The notes under the pieces: model-generated
Database searches by the model: none
What the model saw: the letters and a program-made list of their open reading frames with translations, nothing else
Told to the model about the DNA's origin: nothing
Made by a program: the position numbers and the translations under genes
From: a virus
Lineage: Duplodnaviria > Caudoviricetes
IMG/VR virus record: IMGVR_UViG_3300031867_004305
Location: 64,001 to 128,000 of that record
Length of the DNA stretch: 64,000 nucleotides
Strand: one strand, 5' to 3'
In this document: positions 25,224 to 35,100 of the stretch, one piece after another
Layout: every line of letters starts with the position of its first letter
How positions within the stretch are numbered: the first letter of the stretch is position 1

Positions 25224-25447
25224 TTGTCAAACCTTGTCCTAATTGTGGCCGTCTACCCAAAATCAAAGAAGGTTGTCGTCGTAAAAACGGTAATCGTTTT
25301 TATATGATTGGTTGTCCTAATTTATGCTTTGTATTGAAAACAAAAGATAGATGGACTGGATATCATGCGGCTTGGCTTTCATTTGAAGGCGATTATGATT
25401 ATAATATGATGTATAAAAAATGGAACGAGGAATTAGAAAGTGAGTAA
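25220..25447 (+). CDS. Lar-like Zn protein
   Basis: KPCPNCG...CP...KWN. Confidence 0.6.
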   Translation: MIVKPCPNCGRLPKIKEGCRRKNGNRFYMIGCPNLCFVLKTKDRWTGYHAAWLSFEGDYDYNMMYKKWNEELESE

Positions 25448-25814
25448 ATTTTGCTGTGTTTGCGGCTGCGAGATTAAGGAGCATGAACCTTATTATTGTG
25501 TTGCACCCAATACCTTTACTTGCTTCAGCGATGAATGCCATACTAAGTATCGGTGGGATTTGCTCGCGGCCAGATATGTGGTGCCTGGACAACATGAATA
25601 TTTTGTTGTCAACGGTAAACTCTATCAGATTGGCTCTGATAAGGATGAACCTCGTGGTATGAGCAGCCGCTTCTATGTTATAATGTTTGAAGATAATCAT
25701 GTAGTTACCACACGTTCTCTTTGGTTCATTGGCGACGTCCCGAAATCCAAGCGTAAGATTTTTAAGCAGAATGCGTACTTTATTCAGAAAGGAGCATGTG
25801 GAGATTATGCCTGA
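25440..25814 (+). CDS. Hypothetical protein
   Basis: CxxC N-terminus; in operon. Confidence 0.7.
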   Translation: MSKFCCVCGCEIKEHEPYYCVAPNTFTCFSDECHTKYRWDLLAARYVVPGQHEYFVVNGKLYQIGSDKDEPRGMSSRFYVIMFEDNHVVTTRSLWFIGDVPKSKRKIFKQNAYFIQKGACGDYA

Positions 25815-26688
25815 ATTTGTTATGACGGTCGGTATTAGCGGTAGTGGTAAGAGTCGTTGGTGCTATAATCAGCATAACATTGCCACCGATATAGTGGCGG
25901 ATTCCGATGAAATCAGGAAAGAGCTGTGGGATGATGCTAATGACCAGCAGAACCCCGATAAGGTATTTAGTGAAATGTTCGCACGCACTAAGTCCGCTCT
26001 TTCTCATAATATCAATGTTTTTTACTGTGCGACTAATCTTGCGATGAGGCATCGTATTCATACTCTCAAGCAGATTAAGCGTCTTTTTCCTGATGTAAAG
26101 TGCCGTGCCGTTGTATTTAATACTCCTCTTTCCATTTGTAAGGAATGGAATAAGAAGCGTGAACGTCAGGTTCCTAATTGGTTGTTTGAGCGGCAGATTA
26201 AACAATTCCAGATGCCTGTATACAATGAGGGCTGGGATTCCATTGGAATAGTTACTCCCGCGGAATATGATGTAAAGAAGTTCGCAGAAAATATGTGGAA
26301 CGATGTGCGTGCGACAGGCTCGCAGGATAATCCGCACCACACTCTTTCTCTATACGATCATCTGCTTGATTGTATTAATAAGGTTAGTGTTACTGGTCTG
26401 TCTTATAACGAGCAGATAAATATGTATTCCGCCGCAGGAATACATGACATTGGCAAAGCTTACACTCGTAGTTATGATGGAAACGGAATAGCACATTACT
26501 ATTCTCATGATAACTACGGTGCATATCTTGCTATGAATATGGGACTACCTATTGAAGTTATTCAACTGGTTTGTTACCATATGAAGCCTTATGATACCAA
26601 CGCTTCTTATGTATGGGAAAAGCGTTTGGGGGAAGAATTGTGGAAGAAAGTTCTTATTCTACATGATGCGGACGAAAGGAGCCATTAA
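25807..26688 (+). CDS. Polynucleotide kinase (P-loop) fused to HD phosphohydrolase
   Basis: GISGSGKS P-loop, SDEIR, R..R; HH...HDIGK...H...H..D. Confidence 0.85.
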   Translation: MPEFVMTVGISGSGKSRWCYNQHNIATDIVADSDEIRKELWDDANDQQNPDKVFSEMFARTKSALSHNINVFYCATNLAMRHRIHTLKQIKRLFPDVKCRAVVFNTPLSICKEWNKKRERQVPNWLFERQIKQFQMPVYNEGWDSIGIVTPAEYDVKKFAENMWNDVRATGSQDNPHHTLSLYDHLLDCINKVSVTGLSYNEQINMYSAAGIHDIGKAYTRSYDGNGIAHYYSHDNYGAYLAMNMGLPIEVIQLVCYHMKPYDTNASYVWEKRLGEELWKKVLILHDADERSH

Positions 26689-26692
26689 TATT

Positions 26693-27007
26693 ATGAAATA
26701 TTATAGCCGTGAAATTCTTGAACAGTATCTCAAAGATACTCGTTTAAATAAGATTTTAGATATTATAGATGAAACTGAGCCACATTTAACGGAAGATAAA
26801 ATTGTTCCCGCAAATATTAACGTGCGGTTTTGCCGCGATTGCCCTCTATTTGAGCCTAACTACTGGCAAAAAGACCCAGTAGTTACAAGTGGATGGTGTA
26901 AGCGTATGTCATATTATGAAACTATGGAATATGAACCGCCTTTTTATGTTTATGTAAATAGCAATAGTTTCTGTAATGAAGATGATATAGGTGATGAAGA
27001 TGGATAG
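26693..27007 (+). CDS. Cys-containing hypothetical protein
   Basis: AAAGGAG RBS; CRDC..C..FC. Confidence 0.65.
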   Translation: MKYYSREILEQYLKDTRLNKILDIIDETEPHLTEDKIVPANINVRFCRDCPLFEPNYWQKDPVVTSGWCKRMSYYETMEYEPPFYVYVNSNSFCNEDDIGDEDG

Positions 27008-27079
27008 TATTCTTATCATACTTATAATTATATTTTTTCTAATATGGTTTAATAACTACAATAAGGGTGGCTTTACCTA

Positions 27080-27286
27080 ATGAAAGTATTATTTCCCAAA
27101 TATCCAGGGCTTCTCGCCATTTGTAATGGGTGTGGAGCCCTCCTTCAATATACGCCAGCGGATATTTATGGCACAGTAATCTATTGTCCTCAGTGTAAGG
27201 CAACAACAGAAGTGCCTTATAATAAAGGATATGATGGTTTTGTAAAAAATCCAAAAACTTTGGAAGAAAATGCCAAAGAAAGTTGA
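27080..27286 (+). CDS. Zn-ribbon protein
   Basis: CNGCG...CPQC. Confidence 0.7.
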   Translation: MKVLFPKYPGLLAICNGCGALLQYTPADIYGTVIYCPQCKATTEVPYNKGYDGFVKNPKTLEENAKES

Positions 27287-27322
27287 TAAATAAATTACTT
27301 TATTTATGAAAGGAGGGGTAAA

Positions 27323-27520
27323 ATGACAAGTAAAGAAAAATTACAGTTCTTTGTAGATAACGGTATGTCATTAAGTTATATTGCTAATCGTATGAAAGTA
27401 GATATTACTACTTTAAGTAAGTGGCTTCATAATCAAAAAGGTATTTCTACAAAGAATGAAGAAAAAATGATTTTTACTCTTCAAAATATAGTTGAAGAAT
27501 TTCAACATTCTTTGGAGTGA
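27323..27520 (+). CDS. XRE-type HTH protein
   Basis: SLSYIANRMKVDITTLSKWLH; paralog of 18281. Confidence 0.75.
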   Translation: MTSKEKLQFFVDNGMSLSYIANRMKVDITTLSKWLHNQKGISTKNEEKMIFTLQNIVEEFQHSLE

Positions 27521-27525
27521 TTAAA

Positions 27526-28257
27526 ATGGGTAAATTAATAGATTTAACTGGTCAAGTTTTCGGTGAATTAACGGTTTTAGCAAGAGATTATGATTATGTA
27601 AAAGAACATAACATAAAACAAAATAGGCCATATTGGAAATGTAAATGTTCTTGTGGTACGATAACCACTGTATCTGGTGGAAATTTAACGCAAGAAAATG
27701 GCGTAAAAAGATGTATGAATTGCCGTAACAAAAACATGGTACACGATATAACTGGTCAAATATCTGGTAATTTAACTGTATTAGAATATAGCAAAACTGT
27801 TAATAGAAAAGCATATTTTAAATGTTTATGTAAGTGCGGTAATATTATAGAGGCGTGCGGCAGAGATTTAAATCAAAAGAAAATTCAAAGTTGTGGTTGT
27901 ATAAATTCAAAAGGAGAACAAACTATTATACAATTATTAGAAGAAAATAATATTCCATTTGAAAAACAAAAATCTTTTAACACTTGTCGCTCTCCGCAAA
28001 CAAATAGTTTATTATTTTTTGACTTTTATGTTGATAATAAATTCTTATTAGAATATGACGGCATACAACATTTTAAATATTATAAAAGTGGTTGGAATAC
28101 AAAACAACAATTTCTTTTAAATAAAGAACAAGATGAATATAAAAATAAGTGGTGTAAAGAAAATAATATTCCATTAAAAAGAATACCATATTGGGAGTTA
28201 GATACTTTAACTATAAATGGAATTATGAGTGATTTATTTTTAATTAAGGAGGGTTAA
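27526..28257 (+). CDS. Putative homing endonuclease, paralog of 18514-19434
   Basis: Two Cys-rich repeats + FFDFYVDNKFLLEYDGIQHF. Confidence 0.75.
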   Translation: MGKLIDLTGQVFGELTVLARDYDYVKEHNIKQNRPYWKCKCSCGTITTVSGGNLTQENGVKRCMNCRNKNMVHDITGQISGNLTVLEYSKTVNRKAYFKCLCKCGNIIEACGRDLNQKKIQSCGCINSKGEQTIIQLLEENNIPFEKQKSFNTCRSPQTNSLLFFDFYVDNKFLLEYDGIQHFKYYKSGWNTKQQFLLNKEQDEYKNKWCKENNIPLKRIPYWELDTLTINGIMSDLFLIKEG

Positions 28258-28258
28258 T

Positions 28259-28495
28259 ATGTATCAAGAATATCTTTATTTTACCAGAGAAGGATGGATT
28301 TGTCCTAGATGTAAAATAATTTTAAATCCTTCTATGAATTTTTGTCCTTATTGTGGTATGAAAGAACAAACATTTGCTACTACCACCGCGAAGCCTGAGT
28401 GGATTTATAAAGAAGATAGAACTACAGGTGATGTTTTTCCTACTATGACTTGGCAGGACGCAGTATGGTTGGAGAAGTTTAGAGATGATTGTTAG
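28259..28495 (+). CDS. Zn-ribbon protein
   Basis: GWICPRC...CPYC. Confidence 0.7.
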   Translation: MYQEYLYFTREGWICPRCKIILNPSMNFCPYCGMKEQTFATTTAKPEWIYKEDRTTGDVFPTMTWQDAVWLEKFRDDC

Positions 28496-28577
28496 TAAGG
28501 CAGTAGTTTATATTTGACTTTTTTCTAATTTTCTGCTATAATAGATATAGAAAGAAACGAGAAAGGAAAAAAACATT

Positions 28578-29366
28578 ATGAATAAGAATGAGATTTTCGC
28601 ACACTTTTCTTCTATTCTTGATACTATGCTCGACACTTCTCTTTACTTTGACACCTTCTTTCAGCGTCCGTTTTCTCTGCCAGAAGATATCGAAGGTAGT
28701 ATCGACGATGAAGCTGTGCCCGAAAATCTCTCTATTCATTTTGGGGCCTCTCGCGGTTGTATTGTAGACAACGCTTATGATTACGTCGTGAAGTTCGATG
28801 TAGAAGAAGATAATGAAGGGTGCGTTTGTGAGCGGGAATACCATATCTATCAGCACGCGAAGGAAATGGGAGTAGCAGATTATTTTGCTGAGTCTATCTA
28901 TCTTGGCACTTACGTCAAGAAGATTATGTTCTACGATTGTTCTTCTGTTAATTACTATGTAGATAATTATTACTACGACCCTGAATGTTATGAGAAGAGT
29001 TTCATGGAGCATGAAGATGAATTTGGCTCTATTCATGAAATTGTAATCTCCATTCCGCTCTATGCCTATCCCAAGGCAAAGCATCATTATCCTTCTTGTG
29101 TTGGAAATGATGAAGAAATTTGTAAGACTGCCGCACGCAAGATTATGTCTCCCCTGCGGGAGAACCTTTCTGTTGCGATTGAATTCATTCATGAATATGG
29201 CGAAGAAGCCTACCATACCATTACTGATTTTCTTTACAATGAGAACGTAAATGATATTCATTTTGGTAATGTGGGCAACATTGGGGATAGATATGTAATT
29301 ATTGATTATGCTGGCTATCACTGTGGTGATAGCTACTACGATGACAAGAGTGAAAGCGAAGAATAA
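28578..29366 (+). CDS. Protein-kinase-like protein
   Basis: GASR..DYVVK, E, DIHFGN, IIDYAG. Confidence 0.65.
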   Translation: MNKNEIFAHFSSILDTMLDTSLYFDTFFQRPFSLPEDIEGSIDDEAVPENLSIHFGASRGCIVDNAYDYVVKFDVEEDNEGCVCEREYHIYQHAKEMGVADYFAESIYLGTYVKKIMFYDCSSVNYYVDNYYYDPECYEKSFMEHEDEFGSIHEIVISIPLYAYPKAKHHYPSCVGNDEEICKTAARKIMSPLRENLSVAIEFIHEYGEEAYHTITDFLYNENVNDIHFGNVGNIGDRYVIIDYAGYHCGDSYYDDKSESEE

Positions 29367-29434
29367 TATATACTTGACTTACTTTCTATTTTCTGATATA
29401 ATAATTATATCAAAGAGAGAAAGGAAATATTATT

Positions 29435-29860
29435 TTGAAAAGTGATAGCCATTTGTTTAAGTTGGCACGAGAATGTAGTTTCAAATCTGATTATAGTGGT
29501 TGCGGGCGGGCCCGCATAGGAGCGGTAATATCCTATAAAGGCACCGTACTTGCGAAAGGTTTTAATACCGACCGCACGCACACCGACCAAGCCAAATATA
29601 ATAAATGGCGTTATAAAGATTGCGGGAATAAGTACCTGCCTTCTAAGAGCCATGCAGAAATGATGTCACTTTCTAAAATAAAATACTTGGATATTGATTT
29701 TTCTAAAGTTCATATCTATGTTTATCGTGAACTTAGGGACGGTAAGTTAGGAATGGCTAGACCATGCCCTGCTTGTATGGCCGCGATTAAGCGACTTGGA
29801 ATTAAGAATATTCATTATACAACAGACAATGGTTATGCTACAGAAAGGATAACAGAATGA
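29435..29860 (+). CDS. Zn-dependent cytidine/deoxycytidylate deaminase family
   Basis: HAE and PCPAC motifs. Confidence 0.85.
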   Translation: MKSDSHLFKLARECSFKSDYSGCGRARIGAVISYKGTVLAKGFNTDRTHTDQAKYNKWRYKDCGNKYLPSKSHAEMMSLSKIKYLDIDFSKVHIYVYRELRDGKLGMARPCPACMAAIKRLGIKNIHYTTDNGYATERITE

Positions 29861-30555
29861 AAGTAGTAGGAAAGGTATTATTTGGCTCGCAAAATTACTA
29901 CCTTGACAATTCTGATTCCGACTTTGATTACAAACTCCTCATGATGCCGGAATTCAATGATTTTTATACCTATCATAAAGTAGATAAAAATGACTTGCCT
30001 GAAGGATACGACCACGAACACTACAATGTTATGAGCGTTCTCAAGTTTGACGAGAACCTCCGCAAGGGTAATGTCAACGCACTGGAAATGCTTTTCTCAC
30101 GCGAACAAGAGCTTTCAGACAATATGGCATCTTATTTTGGTATGGCCAAACTTGTTTATAATGAAGGGTATCTTTTTACAGTGTGGGATACTTTTCTCGC
30201 TACCGTAGAAGGTATGGTGAAGAACTCGCTTGACCGCTATGGGGTTAACCGCAAGTCTGCTTCGCGTGCTTTGTATCTTATCAATTTTTGTTCTTTTGTA
30301 GCCAAAGATGACTTTGCGGTTGATAAGTATACTTGGGGTGAATATGAAGTGTTCGCGGCTGCACGCGAACTTCGCTATAACGAAGAAAAGAAACTCCCCA
30401 CACGCGAGGAACTTCTTACCATGTTTGAGGATATGAAGTATGGAACAGAAGTGTATCGTAAGCGTTATCGTCCTTATTCTGCGGTAAATTGGAATGATTT
30501 TCTCGCTCTTTGTATGCGGGAAGCAGTAAAGACTTCACTAAGGAGAGAACTATGA
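29857..30555 (+). CDS. Pol-beta-superfamily nucleotidyltransferase
   Basis: GSQNY.LD...SDFD motif. Confidence 0.75.
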   Translation: MKVVGKVLFGSQNYYLDNSDSDFDYKLLMMPEFNDFYTYHKVDKNDLPEGYDHEHYNVMSVLKFDENLRKGNVNALEMLFSREQELSDNMASYFGMAKLVYNEGYLFTVWDTFLATVEGMVKNSLDRYGVNRKSASRALYLINFCSFVAKDDFAVDKYTWGEYEVFAAARELRYNEEKKLPTREELLTMFEDMKYGTEVYRKRYRPYSAVNWNDFLALCMREAVKTSLRREL

Positions 30556-30776
30556 CATTATTTAAAAATAAGAAGCGTGAAAAGCCAGCACTGCTCTATG
30601 TTCTAGATGAAAAATTACGCGAAGCACGTGAGAAGAAAGAAAACTGTTTCTACTACCCGTTATGGGATCATGAAGTGCTTCTTGCTACTTCTTGGGCAGT
30701 AAGTCATCACATGATGGTAGAAAAAGACCATCAAACTGATAATAACATTTTTTATAAATTCTGGGGCGTTAAGTAA
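30552..30776 (+). CDS. Hypothetical protein
   Basis: AAGGAG RBS. Confidence 0.65.
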   Translation: MTLFKNKKREKPALLYVLDEKLREAREKKENCFYYPLWDHEVLLATSWAVSHHMMVEKDHQTDNNIFYKFWGVK

Positions 30777-30856
30777 GGGAGGAAATACTGTGAATAAGCT
30801 ACAATATGACGACATTTATACAGAATGGGTTGAATCTAGAAACTTTTTAAGTTTCG

Positions 30857-31135
30857 ATGATTTTGAAGAAGAAGAAAGTTATGCCAGAGCAATCTTTGGG
30901 CTTTATCATTGACAATTTTTCACCCTTTCAGAAAAATAGTAATGTTATTTATACTTTTCACCTTTATGGGCGCCCTTATTGTATTCGCAGTATAGACAAA
31001 TTTAAATGGGGACAACCTGAATTTCCTGAAAAAGATATAGAAGATAATTACACAACTTACTTAATATATGATACCTATGAAGAAGCACGTAATTATGTAG
31101 ACAGTATGAAAAAAGTAGAAGGAAGTAGAATATGA
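30857..31135 (+). CDS. Hypothetical protein
   Basis: ORF in operon (start may be 30881). Confidence 0.6.
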   Translation: MILKKKKVMPEQSLGFIIDNFSPFQKNSNVIYTFHLYGRPYCIRSIDKFKWGQPEFPEKDIEDNYTTYLIYDTYEEARNYVDSMKKVEGSRI

Positions 31136-31659
31136 ATTGGATGAATGTATTTTCTCATAGTTGGCGACCACGCTATTATTTAACCCATCCTTGGCGTTTT
31201 ATCCAAGAAGTGTGGTACAATATTCGTGATGCGTGGCATCGTGCAACTCGTGGTTATTGCTACCGTGACGCGGCTGATATGGATGAATATTTACTTCATA
31301 GCATACCCGCACTTTTGCGTGAAGTAGCAGAAGGACCGGCCTACCCAGGGATTAAACCTTTTGAAACTTACGAGAAGTGGCAAGATTTTTGTAATTCTCT
31401 CGCGGATGTATTTGAAGCAGTCCAAGAGGAAAATTGGAGTGAAGGCCATAATGAATGGCAGGAAGAATGGGAAAAAGCATTCGATGTTCTTCATCCGCAT
31501 TCCAATATTACCATTACTCAAGATATGACAGAAGAAGAAGCAAGAGAAGTTTGCTCTCTCTATTGGGAGCGTGAGAAGGAATTACGCAAAGAACGTGAAG
31601 GGATCATCCAAGATGCATATGCTACACTAGTAAAATATCATGATTATTTCTGGATTTAA
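31132..31659 (+). CDS. Hypothetical protein (Trp-rich)
   Basis: ORF with RBS. Confidence 0.75.
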   Translation: MNWMNVFSHSWRPRYYLTHPWRFIQEVWYNIRDAWHRATRGYCYRDAADMDEYLLHSIPALLREVAEGPAYPGIKPFETYEKWQDFCNSLADVFEAVQEENWSEGHNEWQEEWEKAFDVLHPHSNITITQDMTEEEAREVCSLYWEREKELRKEREGIIQDAYATLVKYHDYFWI

Positions 31660-31674
31660 GGAGGAAAAGGATTT

Positions 31675-31806
31675 ATGTTTTTTACAAATAAGGTTGCTAT
31701 TGATCGTATCAATTATCGTATCAATCTACTAAAGGCTCGCGGAGAAGAAATGAATAAGCGTCTTATCAATGCTCTTCTGCGTGAAAAGCGAAAGTTGGAG
31801 GAATAG
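31675..31806 (+). CDS. 43-aa basic protein (not in ORF track)
   Basis: AAGGAGG RBS; MFFTNKVAIDRINYR...KLEE*. Confidence 0.6.
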   Translation: MFFTNKVAIDRINYRINLLKARGEEMNKRLINALLREKRKLEE

Positions 31807-31808
31807 AA

Positions 31809-32015
31809 ATGCCCGAAATTATTACTAAAAGCACTGAGTTGCTTTCATTATATAATCGTCCTACTTTATATTATATTGTAGAATACTATGATAAAGATGT
31901 TCTTAGTAGTGAACGTTATAATTTACTGCGTAATGAAATTATAGAACATCCAACTACTTACATTGAGCGTCTTGATGCTGGTGTATATAGAATTTGGACT
32001 ACATTTCCACACTGA
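31809..32015 (+). CDS. Hypothetical protein
   Basis: GGAGG RBS. Confidence 0.65.
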   Translation: MPEIITKSTELLSLYNRPTLYYIVEYYDKDVLSSERYNLLRNEIIEHPTTYIERLDAGVYRIWTTFPH

Positions 32016-32123
32016 GAAGAAAGGCAACTTTCTTCTTTTTTGTTATAAAAAAAACTAATTATTTGTTTATGTAAACACCTTTTATTGAGAAAATGTTTGG
32101 AAACAAACAGGTGAGGTGAGAAA

Positions 32124-35100
32124 ATGGCATTTGAAAAGAAAACTTGGAAAAGCGGTGATGTTATTACTTATAATGCTATGAACCGCTTGGAGGAACAAGT
32201 TGCGGATAATACAAATAAACTATCTAGTATTGATGATATGGATAGTTTGCGTGATCAAATCGCCGCTATGGTTACAACTGCGTTTGATCCTATTTCTGAG
32301 CAAATATCAGCAACAGAAGAGAATCTTGACAATTTAGTAACTAAAACCAACATTTATGGTAGTAGTGGTGAAATTGATAATGGAAGCGAAGCCTCTCTAA
32401 AGGATTGGATTTCCGCACAAATCGCAAATCTTGGGGATGATATCACCGCACTGGAAGGAACAGATGCTCGCATCAAAAATGCTCTTGGTTCAGTGTATGA
32501 TATAACAGACCCCGAATGGACTCTTGGCGTGAACAAGAGTATTGACACTCGTCTTATTGAATTACATAATGCTATTTTTGGTGATAGTGAAGCTACTGGA
32601 GAATCATTAACTGATAAAGTTGAAGATGCTTTAGGTCGCCCACTAGAACCAACCGCAGAAGAAATTGCGGGAAATAGTAATTATGGTTCTTCTTTACTTG
32701 CGTTAATTGAAGCTATTCAAGCAACATTGGGAATGAATGGCGGAAGTGCTAGTGGTTCTTTAGTAGATACTATTGAAAACGCTCTAGGCCGTCCATTGTC
32801 TCCAACAGAGCAAGAAAGAATACAAGACCCTAATTTAACAAAATCATTATACGAACTTATTCAAGAAATTCGTAGCACTTTAGGTATGGAAGGTGCTTCA
32901 AGTAGTGCTTCTACTTCTACACTAATAAATGATGTAGATACTGCTTTAAATCTACTCTATGGCTATACTAAAACAGTAGAGAATAATGAAACAACTATTG
33001 AACGCAATACTGCCCCAGTTTTGGCTAATTTGAACATTATAAATAGCTATCCTACTTTATATAATGATTTTTATAATGGAGCAAATGGTGCAATTCCTAC
33101 TGTTCTTAGTAATTTACAAAGTACAGTTACAGAAGTTCAAACTAATGCACGAGAACTAAATACAAAAGTAAGCGGATATGATGATGTTATTACTGATTTA
33201 TCTTCTGCTTATCGTGCGGCCGATGTAAAGACCTATAATGATAAAAGCTACTTGATTCTAAAAAGTGATTTAGAAGAAGAAGATGCTACAACCGTTGATG
33301 ACATGACTAACAAAACCAATACCTATGTGGAATTACCACAAATGGGTGGAGGTGGTGGAGGAACAGCTTATGAATTAGATGCTTCATTTACTGCCAGAAC
33401 TCTACCTACTAGTAATGCTATTGCTATAGGTGATAATTATATTGTAGGTTTTACTTGGTCGGTATTAGAAGGTGAAAATCCTGTTGCTATTGACGGTACA
33501 TTGACTATTCGTTTGAACGGTACTATAGTTGATACTATAGCAATAATGTCTAATACATATGATACCTATAATTTAGGACGATATATCACAACTAGCGGCC
33601 GCAATGCTTTCACAATCACAGCGGTAAATGTGGCCACACCAACTCGAACTTTATATACTACTGTTATGGCGTATAATGCTGTATTAGAATCTAATTTTGA
33701 CGCTAGTGTAATACAGACTGGTTCTTCTATCAATTATTCTTATACAGCATCTATTGGTTCTAGCTCAATAGAAAAAGTATTGCATATTTCTCTTGATGGG
33801 ACAGAAATACAAACCTCTAGCAGTTTATCAGAAAGTTTACGTACTGTAGCATTCCCAACCCCTGCGGAAGGAGATCACTTATTAGAAACTTGGTTTACTG
33901 CTAATGTAGGTTCTACAACCGCACCAGTAACTATCACTTCTAATAAATTAGCTTATGGTATTATTTGCGGTCTGAGCAACTCGACTCGTATCGCAACTAA
34001 TTTCAATCAAACTTCAATAGAACAATATCAAACTCTAACAATTGATTATTTAGTCGTTACCCCTAATCAGGACACAACTGTTGTTAATTTCTATGTTGGA
34101 GGATCAGCTACTCCAATCGTAGAAGAAGTAAATACTACTTATCAGTCAATTTCTTTCCCTGTTACTCAAAATGGTGGTACTTTAACCATCCGTATCGTTG
34201 CTGGTAATGCGGAAAAAACTTTACAATTAGAAGTTATTAGTAATGAAACTTATGATTTCTCTATGGTGGATACCGGATTACAAGCACTATATACAGGCGG
34301 TCAAATGACAAATGCTAATCCCAATCGTACCATTTGGGAAAATAGTGCTGAAAGTGTAGGACAATTAGATTATTATAAGAATATTCAAGGTACACTAGAA
34401 AACTTCTTATATTATAATACAAATAATTTTGATGGATGGCTACGTGATAATAACGGCCAAACTTTCTTACGTTTACGTAACAGAGGAAAGGTAAAAATGC
34501 GGTTACCTATTTTCAATTTCAATGTAGATGCCAATGGAAAAATTACAGATGGTATGACTTTTGAAATAGATTTCAAAACCTCTGATGTAACAAATTATAA
34601 TACTGAAATTATTTCTTGTTATGAAGAAGGCCATAAAGAAGATAGAAACATTATTTTTACCGCACAAAACGTAACTCTAAATAACTCTAAAACTTTAGTA
34701 ACTCAATATAAAGAAGAAGAACGTTTGACTATTTCTTTCGTTGTAGAGAATAGTTCTAAGGGGCCATTATATCAGCTAATAAAAATCTATATAAACGGCA
34801 TTCTTTCTGGTGCGGTTCAATATGAATCAACTGCATTGAGTTATGAGGATATAAGTAAAGCTATTATTGAATTAGGTTCAGAAGAATGCACTCTCGATGT
34901 ATATTCTATCCGTTTCTATAATCGTCCTCTTACTTTTGCAGAAGTTATAAAGAACTGGATCTATGATACAGGCTCTTATACAGATAAAATTGCACGATAT
35001 AATAGAAATAATTATAAAGATTCTCAAGGCCGTATCGCATTTAATAGTTTCCGTAATGCTTCACCTGATACTCCTTATATGATTATCGCTGGTGAAGGTG

